Shown here one piece after another: positions 1 to 12,977 of a stretch of DNA of 64,000 nt (position 1 is the first letter of the stretch; every line of letters begins with the position of its first letter). Source of the DNA: Octopus vulgaris (taxonomy: Eukaryota); NCBI GenBank assembly GCA_951406725.2, contig OX597820.1, positions 24,428,001-24,492,000 on the forward strand, given 5' to 3'. Under the pieces are notes generated by a model. That model ran no database searches and was not told the DNA's origin. It was given only the letters and a program-made list of their open reading frames with translations. A program made the position numbers and the translations under genes.

Positions 1-404
1 CTTTTGCAGTTGCAAGTTTATGGGTTGCTGTTCACGAGGAAAATTTTAATTTCGATGTTTTTGTTATACATTATTATTAATGGTAGTTTAATCTATTCTC
101 AATGCTATTTCAATATATTATTCATGCACATGTAATATATATTGTAATCTGTTTTATGATCGTTTCCTTTTCATTACGTTTTCATCTCTCCTATAGTTTA
201 TGGTACATTCTGTTCATATAATATACTTTATGTCTGGTTGGTTTGATTTTTTTTTATTTTACAGTGTGTAGAGTCGCTTGTATATATTGTATTGAGTCTA
301 TTTATATATGTATTGTTCCATTGATTGATCTACTAACTTGTTTGTATATCCGTTATTGACTTCTATTTATTTTGATCTAGAATATATCATCATCATCATC
401 ATCA

Positions 405-465
<61 letters not shown>

Positions 466-466
<1 letters not shown>

Positions 467-560
467 TTATTTACGCACAACAGAATAGGCTGTTGGATAA
501 AGAATTTCTGATATTGGGCTACAAGTAACTTATGAACATTCCTATGTATCTTTGCTGCCC
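466..560 (-). mobile_element. Very short degenerate 3' end of an R4/Dong-like RLE non-LTR retrotransposon
   Basis: Minus strand reads AAKIHRNVHKL, resembling the GTAxILRxxL C-terminus of the longer RLE copies in this window; flanked on both sides by (TTA)n. Confidence 0.45.
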
Positions 561-647
561 TTATTATTATTATCATTATTATTATTATTATTATTATTAC
601 TATTAATATCATCATCATCATCATCATCATCATCATTATCATAGGTA

Positions 648-826
648 AAGCAGTAAGCTGGCAGAGACGTTAGCACACCGGGCAAAATGCTAAGCAGCAT
701 TTCGTCTGTCTTTATGTTCTGCGTTCAAATTCCGCCGAAATAAGTACTAGTTCAGCACTGGGATCGATATAACCAACTTAGCCCCATCCCTGAAGTTGCT
801 GGTCTTGAGCTAAAATTTTAAACCAT
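648..826 (+). mobile_element. tRNA-derived SINE family B, degenerate
   Basis: Head aaggcagtaagctggcagagacgttagcac...gttcaaattccgccga aligns by eye to intact copies at 37079 and 30613. Confidence 0.75.
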
Positions 827-833
827 AGTAATG

Positions 834-864
<31 letters not shown>

Positions 865-1317
865 CAACAACAACAACAACAATAATAATAATAATAATAA
901 TAATTATTATTATTATTATAACTACTTTTTTTTCTGGTTTTGATTTGTTGAAGAGAATCCAAATACTGTTCTGCGTGGAGATATTTTTGTTTTATAACGA
1001 AGTTATATATTTGTTTGGTCATTCATAATCGTCATGTATATTATCCAGCCATTTATTAATGTTTTTTAAAAAAAATTTATTTCGTCCAAGTACATATTGA
1101 TGTTATATACGTGTTGTTCACATAGTTATATTTCCGTTTAAAAGTAAAGTTGTTTGTTTACGTATTATTTTCTTTCGGTTGTGTCATGTCTACATACTAG
1201 TTGCCAATAGTCATAGTTGTTTGCACAGAAGGCTACCCGTCGGTCTCATGAAGACTAAAACACAGCTTTATCATTTCCGTTTACCTTGCCAACTTTCCGT
1301 TCAGCCATTTTCTTTCT

Positions 1318-1530
1318 TTTTTACTTGTTTCAATCATTAGACTACGGCCATGCCTCGGCACTGGTTTTAAGAATTCCAGTCGAACGAATCAATCCCAGTA
1401 CTTATTTTATATTTTTTCAGCCTGGTATTTATTCTATCAGTTTCTTTTGTCAAACCGTTCAGTTATGGGGACATAAACGCACCAACACCGTTTGTCAAGC
1501 AATGGTGGGTGACAAATACTGGCGCACATC
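1318..1530 (-). mobile_element. SINE family A, 3' tail fragment
   Basis: ttacttgtttcaatcattagactacggccatg...gtcaagcaatgg is the reverse complement of the family A tail seen at 53640-53837. Confidence 0.7.
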
Positions 1531-1620
1531 ACACTAGCTCCCATACCTACATACATACAGTAGCTCCCACACCTACCTACCTACCTACCTACCTACCTGC
1601 CTGCCTACATACATACATGC

Positions 1621-1659
<39 letters not shown>

Positions 1660-2642
1660 TCCATCCATCCATCCATCCATACACACATACATACATACAT
1701 ACATTCATATATACATATATAAATTATTAAGGTGGCTATTCCCAATTTAAAACCGATAAGCAACAAGTACAGTTGTCACTAAAGTGACGGAGAGTACTAG
1801 TATGCACCAGCATTGCTAGAAATAAGGGTCAAAATAACTCTTAACCAAGCCTTGCCCAATCAAAATCGCAATCTTACGATCATGAGTTCGAGACCACTAA
1901 CCACAATGCCACGCATCTCTACACTACACACACACATACACAGAGACATACACAATTACACACACAACCGTTTTACACTTTTTCAAACTTTTGAACACGA
2001 ATGCTATGTTTCTTATCTACCTCAACGTTTGTCTCTCTATCTGTAGTTGCACATTGATCGTTATATATTCAGCCACGTTGTACATTTACGTGAGCTGCAG
2101 TTGGAATTTCACCACTACTCGAGTATATATTTTATTTCGTACTTATCATCATTTTGATTTTCTGTTTCTATAATTTGATGTTTCTATTCGATATTTTATC
2201 TATAACATACTCACAAAATCATACGATCTCTCAACTCACCGATGTAGAATAACAGACTCTTCAATGATACAGTCGACGGCCATTTCTACTGTATTATCTC
2301 TCAGATATAAAGATGGTCTTTATATTTCTTTTATGCTTTAAGTGGATTCAGTCATTGGACTTCGGACACGTTGTGGGGAAACACTTGCAAAGTTCTAAGG
2401 CAAACAATCATATTTTATTTCATTGGTCTCCATTCATTGAACGTTTTTATATTCCTGGATATAACGGGACACATCGTAAAACACAAAACCGGTATTAAGT
2501 AGTGTAAACACGCTTCCATATTCATTTTAATACCTACCTAATTACCTACCTACCTACCTACCTACCTACCTACCTACCTACCTACCTACCTCCCTACCTA
2601 CTTACCTACCTACCTACCTACATACATACATACATACATACA

Positions 2643-2674
<32 letters not shown>

Positions 2675-2970
2675 CACATACATATACACATATAGCAATA
2701 CATAATTATAAGCATACATATATTATATAAGCATATAAACATATAAGTATATAAGCATACAATACATAATTATAAGCATACATATATATATATATATAAT
2801 GCATATAAATGATATATATAATAAAATTAAATATAAATTTTTCCATACATTAGTAAAATAAGAACAAAACAGATTTTCTTCCCATTTATAATAAAACGGA
2901 TGGATCAAATCGATCAATCTGTATACATATTCAAATATATGTGTGTTTGCATATATGTGTACAAATACAT

Positions 2971-3015
<45 letters not shown>

Positions 3016-3126
3016 TGTGTACCTATCTATCTACCTATCTAATTACCTATCTCTCTCTATCTCTATCTGTATGTAAGTGTGTGTGCGTTCCTGTGTGTAT
3101 AGATACACACGTACGTGCATACACAT

Positions 3127-3170
<44 letters not shown>

Positions 3171-4033
3171 CAGTAACGTACTAGAAAGAATTGTTAGCAT
3201 TATTCAAACTAAGGTTGAATAATTTTATTAGCATGAAACTGTTGGTATCGTAGTAACATCCCTTCATTACAAAGACTATTAACAGATACGTTAGTGTGTG
3301 CACATATGAATATATCTGCGTTTGTGAATGTGTCTGAGTGTAAATGTGGGTATATGTGCTCCCGCGAAGAGTCTCTGCACAATTTCTGTCTATGAAATTT
3401 CACTTGCAACGCATGGGTTGTCTCTTGGCTCCAACAAACGATACCAGAACGAGAGGAAGTGTAGTAGGAAGGAAAATGGAAATCATATGATTTCGATATT
3501 CATGTCTTAAAAACACAGCTACGTCAATAACTGAGACGAGAGGGAGTAAGGTGGGGGCTCATGATATATTTTCAGTATTGAAATTATTACTATTTTGGGT
3601 TATAAAAACATCATTAATATACTGATTAATACACTGGTATTGATTGAATCGATTAGTCCTTCAACATCCCTTCGAGAAATGTTGGTCTACTGCCCAGTCA
3701 AAACAAATCGGTTATAGCTAAAATGGCTGAAGTCTAAACTTCTCCGCAGAAGAAGTTCACGAAGACTGTGTCACGTGATTAGCGAGAAATTTAGGTCAGC
3801 TGTAAACATTGCATTAGAAAATCTTATGGATTTTACACACTGTGTTGCTCAAACAAGCATTTAATGCTGTTGTTTGGTGCTGTACTTGTGCGGGGTGTGG
3901 GTTGCGACGGGGGATGGAGAATCGAGGTGGTTGGATTTATGATTTACTAGCAGAGAGACGTTTCTTGGGAATTGACCAGTATTTGGTCTGTGTTAAATAC
4001 AGAACTACACACACACACATTCATACATATATA

Positions 4034-4146
<113 letters not shown>

Positions 4147-4179
4147 TATATCATATATATATATCAATAGCTGTCTTTA

Positions 4180-4210
<31 letters not shown>

Positions 4211-4219
4211 CATATATAT

Positions 4220-4402
4220 TATTTCTTTATTGCCCACAAGGGGCTAAACATAGAGGGGACAAACAAGGACAGACAAAGGGGTTAGGTCGATTACATCGAC
4301 CCCCAGTGCGCAACTGGTACTTAATTTATCGACCCCGAAAGGATAAAAGGCAAAGTCGACCTCGGCGGAATTTGAACTCAGAACGTAGCGGCAGACGAAA
4401 TA
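4220..4402 (-). mobile_element. SINE family B, one ~180-bp body unit lacking the head
   Basis: Near-identical to the repeat unit in 30019-30613 (cccacaaggggctaaac...gtcgacctcggcggaatttgaactcagaacg). Confidence 0.9.
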
Positions 4403-4618
4403 CTCTCTCCCATATATATAAATAAAACAATTGCAGAGTGGAAAGTGTTTATAAGCCAGTTAAGAAACACACAAAATCCGTTAGATTCATTTCAGCATTT
4501 AAATTTAAGTTACGAAAATGTTTTCATCGCTTTGAGATCGCGACCTGTCCACGCTGCAATTGTTTTGGTTCCAGCACACGATCTCAGATCAGGTCACTTG
4601 TTATGCAAGTACATCTCC

Positions 4619-4673
<55 letters not shown>

Positions 4674-4836
4674 TACATACATACATACATACACACACAC
4701 ATACATACATACATACATACATACAAACATATATATATATATATGCGATGTGTTCGCAGTTTAGAAGCTAAATATACATCTCCGTAAATATATATATATA
4801 TACATACATACACACACATATATATGTATATATCTA

Positions 4837-4915
<79 letters not shown>

Positions 4916-4935
4916 TTAGCTAGCTAGCTAGCTAG

Positions 4936-4995
<60 letters not shown>

Positions 4996-4997
4996 GG

Positions 4998-5048
4998 AGC
5001 TTCTACAGGACTAGAACTGTTTCATTCAAGAGAAATCTTCAGGAAGCT
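4998..5048 (-). ncRNA. Type I hammerhead ribozyme motif (mirror copy)
   Basis: Exact reverse complement of 5054-5104 within the palindrome. Confidence 0.8.
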
Positions 5049-5053
5049 CTTGA

Positions 5054-5104
5054 AGCTTCCTGAAGATTTCTCTTGAATGAAACAGTTCTAGTCCTGTAGA
5101 AGCT
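5054..5104 (+). ncRNA. Type I hammerhead ribozyme motif
   Basis: Stem I AGCTTC(5054-59)/GAAGCT(5099-5104); core CTGAAGA 5060-66; stem II TTC-TCTT-GAA closed by a U.U pair; GAAAC 5079-83; stem III ACAG/CTGT; cleavage triplet GTA 5096-98. Confidence 0.8.
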
Positions 5105-5187
5105 CCTTCTATATAATAAATTAATTTTACTCTGCTATGTATTGAGTACCTTATTTACTGTGGTTAACCCCGAATCAACCCGGGACC

Positions 5188-5216
<29 letters not shown>

Positions 5217-5221
<5 letters not shown>

Positions 5222-5697
5222 TTATAAAATATTAGGGAATAAATCCAAACTTACAGGGAAAAATCAGATTTAGGATTAAATCCAATTTTATAGTAAAATA
5301 TATAATATTATATTAAATTAGAGATAAAATCACTATTAGGCAAATCAAACAATGAAAAACATAAGCCAATACATAAAATTAATTAATTTATATTATTTTA
5401 AATATATATCAAAACTATTAAAAGTTTAATAAAAGATAAAGAGTAAAACACTACGATATTTATCTTAGCTTAGATAAATATTTCAATTAACCTGAAGATT
5501 GACTGTAACCATAACTCGAATTATTACGAATTGTACAGCCATGAAACGATCGTAGTGTTTTACTCTTTATCTTTTATTAAACTTTTAATAGTTTTGATAT
5601 ATATTTAAAATAATATAAATTAATTAATTTTATGTATTGGCTTATGTTTTTCATTGTTTGATTTGCCTAATAGTGATTTTATCTCTAATTTAATATA

Positions 5698-5701
<4 letters not shown>
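5217..5701. mobile_element. Second fold-back element (probable PLE pLTR family) with ~153-bp inverted arms
   Basis: Arms 5305-5457 and 5549-5701 are reverse complements with no mismatch seen by eye; the spacer holds a hammerhead core; (TA)n on both flanks. Confidence 0.7.
5488..5558 (+). ncRNA. Minimal hammerhead motif of the PLE type
   Basis: CTGAAGA 5492-98; stem II TGACTGTA...TACAGCCA; GAAAC 5543-47; palindromic GATC loop, then GTA 5552-54; stem I weak in cis. Confidence 0.65.
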
Positions 5702-5747
<46 letters not shown>

Positions 5748-6009
5748 ATGTGTTGGCAGTTTAGTAGCTAAATATACTCGAAACTTCATAACTGAAATAT
5801 AAACAATATTGAAATGATTATGTACTTCCAGTATATTAACCAGTTTTTTTTTTTTACAATTTATACCGTACATGCATATTTCAATTACTCCTATTTTTCG
5901 CTATCAAGCTTTATCTCGACATTAGCATTCGTATGACAATGAGATATAGTATTGCATAACCAACAGGAACACAAACCACCGGCTGGTTTACAGTCACTTT
6001 AAGCAATGC

Positions 6010-6330
6010 CCTCCATCTGTTACAGCGACGGCGTTTCCAGTTGATCCGATCAACCGAACATCCTTCCCGTGAAATTAACGTGCAAGTGGCTGAGCACTCC
6101 ACAAACACGTGTACTCTTAACGTAGTTCCCAGGCAGATTCAGTGTGACACAGGATATGACAAGGCTGGCCCTTTGAAATAAGGGTATTAGTCATTTTTGC
6201 CAGGTGAGTGCACCGGGGTAATGAGAAATAAAGTGCCTTGCTCGAGGAGACAACAAGTCACTGGTAATTGATCTCATGACCTTATGATCGTGCGCCAAAT
6301 ATCCTAACTACTAAGCCACGTGGCTTCACA
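6010..6330 (-). mobile_element. tRNA-derived SINE family C
   Basis: Minus strand begins gtgaagccacgtggcttagtagttagg (A-box-like) with a degenerate B box; a tail-like piece recurs near 24494-24560 and a degenerate head near 1870-1922. Confidence 0.65.
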
Positions 6331-6504
6331 ATCCGGATATATTGCTAGAACAAAGGGTGAGTAAGTCAAGAGGTTGTCTACGCCTGCTTATGACTACAAA
6401 GGCCCTCTAAAACAATTACCGAAAGAAAAGTACATATTACGAAGCCTTACCCGTTCGTAAGTGACGGCTGGCTCTTAAAATTGTTCATGATAACCTTAAA
6501 GTTA

Positions 6505-6720
6505 GGCGGAAACCTGGCACAATCATGAGCATGCCAAGTAAAATGCTTAGCGGCATTTCGTTTGTCTTTATGTTGCAGAGTTCGAATTCCGCTGTGGTCG
6601 ACTTTTCCTTTCATCCTTTCGGGGTCGATAAAATAAGTGCTAATCAGGCACAGGGGTCGATCTAATCGACTAGTTCTTTCCCACGAATTTGCTGCCGTGT
6701 GCCAAAATCTAAAACCAATA
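6505..6720 (+). mobile_element. SINE family B
   Basis: aaatgcttagcggcatttcg...gtcgacttttcctttcatcctttcggggtcgataaaataagt central domain. Confidence 0.8.
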
Positions 6721-6740
6721 AAGCCTTTATTGCTTATTTC

Positions 6741-7006
6741 TTTTGATTCTTTCTTTCTTTCTTTTTTTTCTATCTTTCGATTCTTTCTTCCATTCCTTCT
6801 TTCTATACTTCTTTCTTTCTTTCTTTCTTTTTTTCATTCTTTCCTTCTTTCTTTCTTTCATCCTTTCATCCTTTCTTTTGATTCTTTCTTTCTTTTTTTT
6901 TCTATCTTTCGATTCTTTCTTCCATTTCTTCTTTCCTTGCTTCTTTCTTTGATTTCTTCTTTCTTTCTTTCTTTCCTTCTTTCATTGATTCCTTCTTTCT
7001 TTTGAT

Positions 7007-7044
<38 letters not shown>

Positions 7045-7260
7045 TTTCATTCTTTCATTCTTTCCTTCTTTCTTTCTTTGATTCCTTCTTTCTTTCGCTT
7101 CTTTCTTTCTTTCATTGATTCCTACTTTCTTTTGATTCTTTGTATCTTTCTTTCCATTTATCTTTCTTTGATTCCTTTCTTTTTCTGTCTTTCTTTCCCC
7201 CTCTCTCCTTCTCCCTCTATCTCTCTCTCATCCCCTCTCTCTCTCTCTCACCTCCCCTCT
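6741..7260. repeat. Degenerate (CTTT)n/(CT)n polypyrimidine tract
   Basis: Directly visible; a ~55-bp block near 6741 recurs near 6877. Confidence 0.9.
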
Positions 7261-7712
7261 TACATTTCGTTTACGCTTTCACTTTCTGCGATCAAGCTAA
7301 AGCTGGTAGGGAAAGAAATGAACGTGGCATTTGTTAGTGGCGGTGTGAGTTTTGGCTAAGCTTGGAGGGAGGCGATAAAGGCAGCAACTTTAGCATTCAT
7401 ATAATATGCATATCGGTACAGGAGGTTCATTATAATAACATTGCAAGATTTAATTCAATCTGATGTGCATACGAACAGACACACAAACGCACACATATAC
7501 ATACTCATATATACTTAGACACGAACACACTGGTGCAAACATAGATGCATCTACACAAACATGCACCATACACACATAGACACGAACATACACACAAACA
7601 CACAAATGTTTATACATATATACATGCATAGAAGCATATACACAGGAGCGCACACAAAAATACATTTAAAGTAATACTGACACAGATACACAGACACAAA
7701 TCTATCTATCTA

Positions 7713-7778
<66 letters not shown>

Positions 7779-8923
7779 ATCTATCTGTCTTATCTATCTA
7801 TCTATCTATCTATCTATATATATATCCATCCATCCATACATGCATACATACATACATACATATCTATATATAGAAAGAGAGGGAGAGCGAGAGAGAGAGA
7901 CAAACAGAGACAGAGACAGAGAAAGCGAGAGCGAGAGAGCGAGAGAGCGAGCGACAGATGTAAAATAAATAAATAGACTGGCAGATTCAGAGGTAGGGTA
8001 GATAGATAAATAGATAGGCATACGTTAGGCAGTTGTTTTTTATAGAATAGACACACGAATTATTATGCATTTAAAAGAATATCTGGAGAGCTTGATAGCT
8101 AGAGGTCTAAAAAGTCGGACATTAAGCTAAACAAATAAAATATGTTTGCATGAGTTATTAAATAACCATACATCTGCTCTGGTTCTGGCTGTGACGTTAA
8201 ATGCAAATGGCTTTTATTGAATATGATACATGTTGTGTCCAGTGATTCCTCATTATAATGACCAACAAATCTGCTTACTAATGACCATGTCCTACTGCTG
8301 CTGTTGTCATTGGTGTCGTTTTCTTTTTGTTGTTTTCGTTGTAGATTAAACTCAGTTCATTTCTAATCCTACAGACCATTATACAAAATTCCTTCCAAAT
8401 GACATCGCACCCTCTGCCATTTTGTTTTCTAGATATAGTATCCGCCTGTCCTGCGTTTTCCAACGTATCGGTCGTGTTTTATGCTTATAAATTGTAACCA
8501 GGGAGAGAATACAACACTGTTTCTGGTAGATGGAGCAAAGACCCAGAATCTCCTTCGTCAAGCAAGCTTTTATGTGTTTGAACATGTCGAGTACAATAAA
8601 GTAAATGCTAAGCGTTTAAACTATTCCACTTCGTCACTCACCGATTGTGTCACTCTTCTCAATCTTTTAAATCTTTTATCTTTCTAATTGTTTTAGCCAT
8701 CGGACAGCAGCCACACTAGGGCAATGTCAGGAAACGTTTGGTTGAGCAAATCGATCCCAATACTTGCTTTTAAGCATGGTACATTATCGATATCTTTTTG
8801 CCTAACCGCTAAGTTACGGGAACAAAAACATATACATTACACTCGTGGCTTCAACCACAAGTTTCCGTCAATCAACTTCATTCAAAAGGTATTGCTGTGC
8901 AGAGTGACCGACCCTGAAAGAAC

Positions 8924-8983
<60 letters not shown>

Positions 8984-9138
8984 ATGTGTGTGTGTGTGTG
9001 ATTGTGTGTGTGTTTGTGCATTTGTGTTTGTGACATAGAAATGGATCATTACACACACACAAACACACAAATTTATATAATACGCATGTATATATATATA
9101 CATATATATACATACATATATTTATACATATATATATA

Positions 9139-10284
9139 CTAGCATTAAAGACCCGTCGTTGCCGGGTCATAATGCTAGTGCATGTATATATGTGTATATA
9201 TATGTGTACATATTATATGTACATCTATATATATACATCTACACATAAAATACAAAATACAAAGTTATATCTTGATATGGCTAGTGATAACAATACTCAA
9301 GATATATAACAGACTGGAATTGTTAGCCCGTCTCTAGTAATTTCGATTAATTGTATCTCGTCCTCCCTCTTGTATAGAAGTGTGGCTACAATCCGACGGC
9401 TGCAGCGAAATTCATTTTTGGACTTTCTTCCATCGAAGACAAAATGCTTCCGTGTAAACGGTGAAAATATTGTCAATTTCCCCAAACAGGGACACAATTC
9501 AATTTTTAAACAATAACCAAAGCTCCTTCTCCGAAAGGGAGAGGGTTACGGTTTACAATTATTTAACAAAGCCAACACAACAACGCTTCCCTTACGAGGA
9601 ACCAACAAACGTGATAACAATAGTTAAACAGAAATAATAATAACAACAAACCTTACGGTAAACAAAAAAGCAGTACTCTGTTGAAGCTATAGGCCTTTAT
9701 GGATCAGAAATAAACCAACAGCGGTACTCAGTAGAAGCATCTTTCGTAAAGCCAAACTTCATATAGATACTTAATGCTAGCTAATTAGCAAATAATCTAA
9801 TGTAAAAGCCGTGCACACCTCCATCTGGACTATTCCATTTCTGCACGCTAATTTTATTTTTTATTTATTCCCATCAATGTGAAACCACTGATTCAAGTTC
9901 AAGTCATTGATGCAATTTTATACCAATTGCTATTTTTACTTTTGTTATGTTACGATAATATTATACTTTAGTTTGATTTTAATTATTACTTACCACATAT
10001 AATTCAATTGTTATTATTATTTTTATTGTTAAAATGAAAGTATCTAACATAAAATATAGAAATGTTTTTGTTTCACTTTTAACACGCAATACTGAAATAG
10101 TGGAGAAGATATGATATTGCTATGCGCTCGCTCTAGGCAAGATGTTAAACATTTTTTTGCTCATGAAACTACATGGACCCTAAGTAAGGCATGTGTAAAA
10201 TTTGAATGAAATTGGTTTTGTAATTCTCAAGTTTTAGCGAAACACACAGACAGACACACATTCTCAGTTTTTTGTATATAAAGA
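9139..10284 (-). mobile_element. Probable non-autonomous Helitron
   Basis: Minus strand starts A|TCTTTATATACAAAA...gtctgtctgtgtg at 10284 and ends with a GC hairpin (9150-9168) followed by CTAG|T at 9142-9139, the canonical Helitron termini. That both ends belong to one element is inferred. Confidence 0.55.
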
Positions 10285-10863
10285 TGTGCATGTATATGTG
10301 TGGGTGTGAGTGTGAGGGTGTACATATGCTCATATAGGTATGATTTTATGTTATGCCTGTGAATATCTGTATGGTATTACACACGCACACACAGAACACT
10401 CGCGCGCGCACACATACACACAGACACACACACCATATATTTGGGTAGTCATAGTAATAGTTCGTTTGAAACTAAAATTATATATCGAGGCATAAAAAAG
10501 CGCCAGTAAAGGCGTATAACCATCTATAAAATAATAAGTAGGAGTCGGTAAAAAATCTATAAACATAATCAGCCGTCCTCGGACACAAACAATAAACATA
10601 AAACAAAATAAAATACTGATTTTTGCTGCTCAGAGAACAATTTATATTCAAACAGATAAAGATCATATGCAAGCGAATTGGTTACTAACAAAGCAACCAA
10701 ATTTACCTACATCAATCACGAATCAGGGCTACTTCTGTTGTGTTTTCCTTTTCTTTCTTCTCCGTTGTGGTTATCTCCCGATTTATGTCCAATTTCTCAG
10801 CTGCCGCTACAATTTCTCTACATAGAGAACTTGTATAAGGTTTTCATGTTATTGTTATTATTA

Positions 10864-10940
<77 letters not shown>

Positions 10941-10943
<3 letters not shown>

Positions 10944-11623
10944 TAGTTTTATTTTTATAGCGTGCTTTCACTTCACTACCGAGCACAGCTCTGTGTGCCT
11001 TGGGTATGTGCTGTGATTTGTTGTGATGCTCTGATGGTTATTGTATGGAAAGTGTTCTGCGTAGGATGTGTGCAGTGCCTAGTAGTGCAATTTTCTGTAT
11101 GTTATATGTGTTTGTAAGTCCTGGTGTTTTTGTTATGTATTTGTCTGAATATTTTTTTATCATGCCTAATGCACCTACTATTATAGGAATTGTTTCTGTT
11201 TTCAGATTCCACATTCTAGTTACCTCTATTTCCAGGTCTTTGTATTTTGAGAGTTTCTCCATTTCTTTTAGAGACACGTTGTCATCTGCCGGTATTGATA
11301 CATCAATTAGAAAGCATTTTTTTCTTCATGATCTCTGACAACTATATCTGGTCTGTTGGCCTTAATTTCTCTATCTGTGTGTATCGGCATATCCCAGAGT
11401 ATGGTTGGTTTCTCGTTTTCTGTGACCTTTTCTGGTGTGTGCCTATACCATCTTTTTTCTGTTGTTATTCCATAATCTTGGCATAGCTTCCAATGTATGT
11501 AGGTTCCAACTCTGTCATGTCTGTGAATATATTCCTTCTTAGCCAGGACTGGGCAGCTAGAGATAATATGATTTATTGTTTCTTGTCCATCTCCACATAT
11601 TCTGCAGTTACTTGTAATATTTC

Positions 11624-11626
<3 letters not shown>
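10941..11626 (-). mobile_element. 5'-truncated R4/Dong-like non-LTR retrotransposon (CCHC + restriction-like endonuclease), copy 1
   Basis: Minus translation includes CRICGDGQET, NRPDIVV...LIDVSIP...KEMEKLSKY and GTAHILRRTLSIQ*; bounded by (TTA)n on both sides. Confidence 0.9.
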
Positions 11627-11690
<64 letters not shown>

Positions 11691-11691
<1 letters not shown>

Positions 11692-12249
11692 TGAGTGAGA
11701 GAGCAGTGCATGCCATCAAAGTGACACGGGTAAAATATACGAAGCCTAGTATACCCATCATGACTACTCCTCTGATAAGGGTACACCAGGCACATGCATC
11801 ACAACCATATGTGTCCCCACATGGTGATCTCATATCAAGATAAACTGTGCATGACCTTGCAGGTGGGGCCCAATTAGAATTTTCTTCAGGTCGAGTAACC
11901 CATCTCGCTAAAAAGGTCCCTGAATAAGGATTATTTAAGGATGTTGAATGAACAAACCATGTTTCCATGGGTGAATTATCCAAACCTTCAAGAATTCCTC
12001 TCAGCACACGGCTATGATGCTCCCCCACTACTTCTGGTCGTGGTCATAGATGCACATATTGTCAGCCACTAAGGGACATGCTCAAGTGGTTAAGGTCAAA
12101 CAACTGACAAGCAAATCTGTGCTATTGAGCAAAATATTTGCTGTAGGCCATCTTTTATACCAAGACAAAACAATGTACATTATAACACTTCCAATCAGTT
12201 AAGATCAGAACCCATGAGAGCTACTGTCTGGTACTGCATCAGGGCATTT
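11691..12249. repeat. ~560-bp complex non-coding segment between (TTA)n tracts, probable interspersed repeat
   Basis: Sharp boundaries against trinucleotide tracts, lies between two Dong-like copies, no recognisable ORF; single copy in this window. Confidence 0.45.
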
Positions 12250-12295
12250 ATCATCATCATCATCATCATCGTCATCATCATTATTATTATTATTA

Positions 12296-12405
<110 letters not shown>

Positions 12406-12425
12406 TTATTGTTATTATTATTATT

Positions 12426-12900
12426 CAGTAGTTTTATTTTTATAGCGTGCATTCACTTCACTACCGAGCGCAGCTCTGTGTGTCTTGGGTATGTGCTGTG
12501 ATTTGTTGTGATGCTCTGATGGTTATTCTATGGAAAGTGTTCTGCGTAGGATGTGTGCAGTGCCTAGTAGTGCAATTTTCTGTATGTTATATGTGTTTGT
12601 AAGTCCTGGTGTTTTTGTTATGTATTTGTCTGAATATTTGTTTATCATACCTAATGCGCCCACTTGATAGGAATTGTTTCTGTTTTTAGATTCCACATTC
12701 TAGTTACCTCTATTTCCAGGTCTTTGTATTTTGAGAGTTTCTCCATTTCTTTTAGAGACACATTGTCATCTGCCGGTATTGATACATCAATTAGAAGGCA
12801 TTTTTTTTCTTCATGATCTCTGACAACTATATCTGGTCTGTTGGCCTTAATTTCTCTATCTGTGTGTATTGGGATATCCCAGAGTATGGTTGGTTTCTCG

Positions 12901-12904
<4 letters not shown>
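12426..12904 (-). mobile_element. R4/Dong-like element, copy 2 (shorter, disrupted)
   Basis: Highly similar to 10941-11420 with the same 3' end (cagtagttttatt); (TTA)n flanks. Confidence 0.9.
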
Positions 12905-12969
<65 letters not shown>

Positions 12970-12977
12970 CATTATTA

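Larger units (their letters stand above)
4991..5190. mobile_element. Short (TA)n-embedded fold-back element, probable Penelope-like pLTR with inverted partial copy
   Basis: Perfect inverted repeat 4991-5048/5054-5111 plus unique tail to 5190; sister copy in opposite orientation at 48860-49027; carries hammerhead cores. Confidence 0.75.

Noticed and set aside
8430-8600. Putative exon after a ttttgttttctag acceptor
   Set aside because: All three frames hit stops within ~65 nt and no recognisable peptide results.
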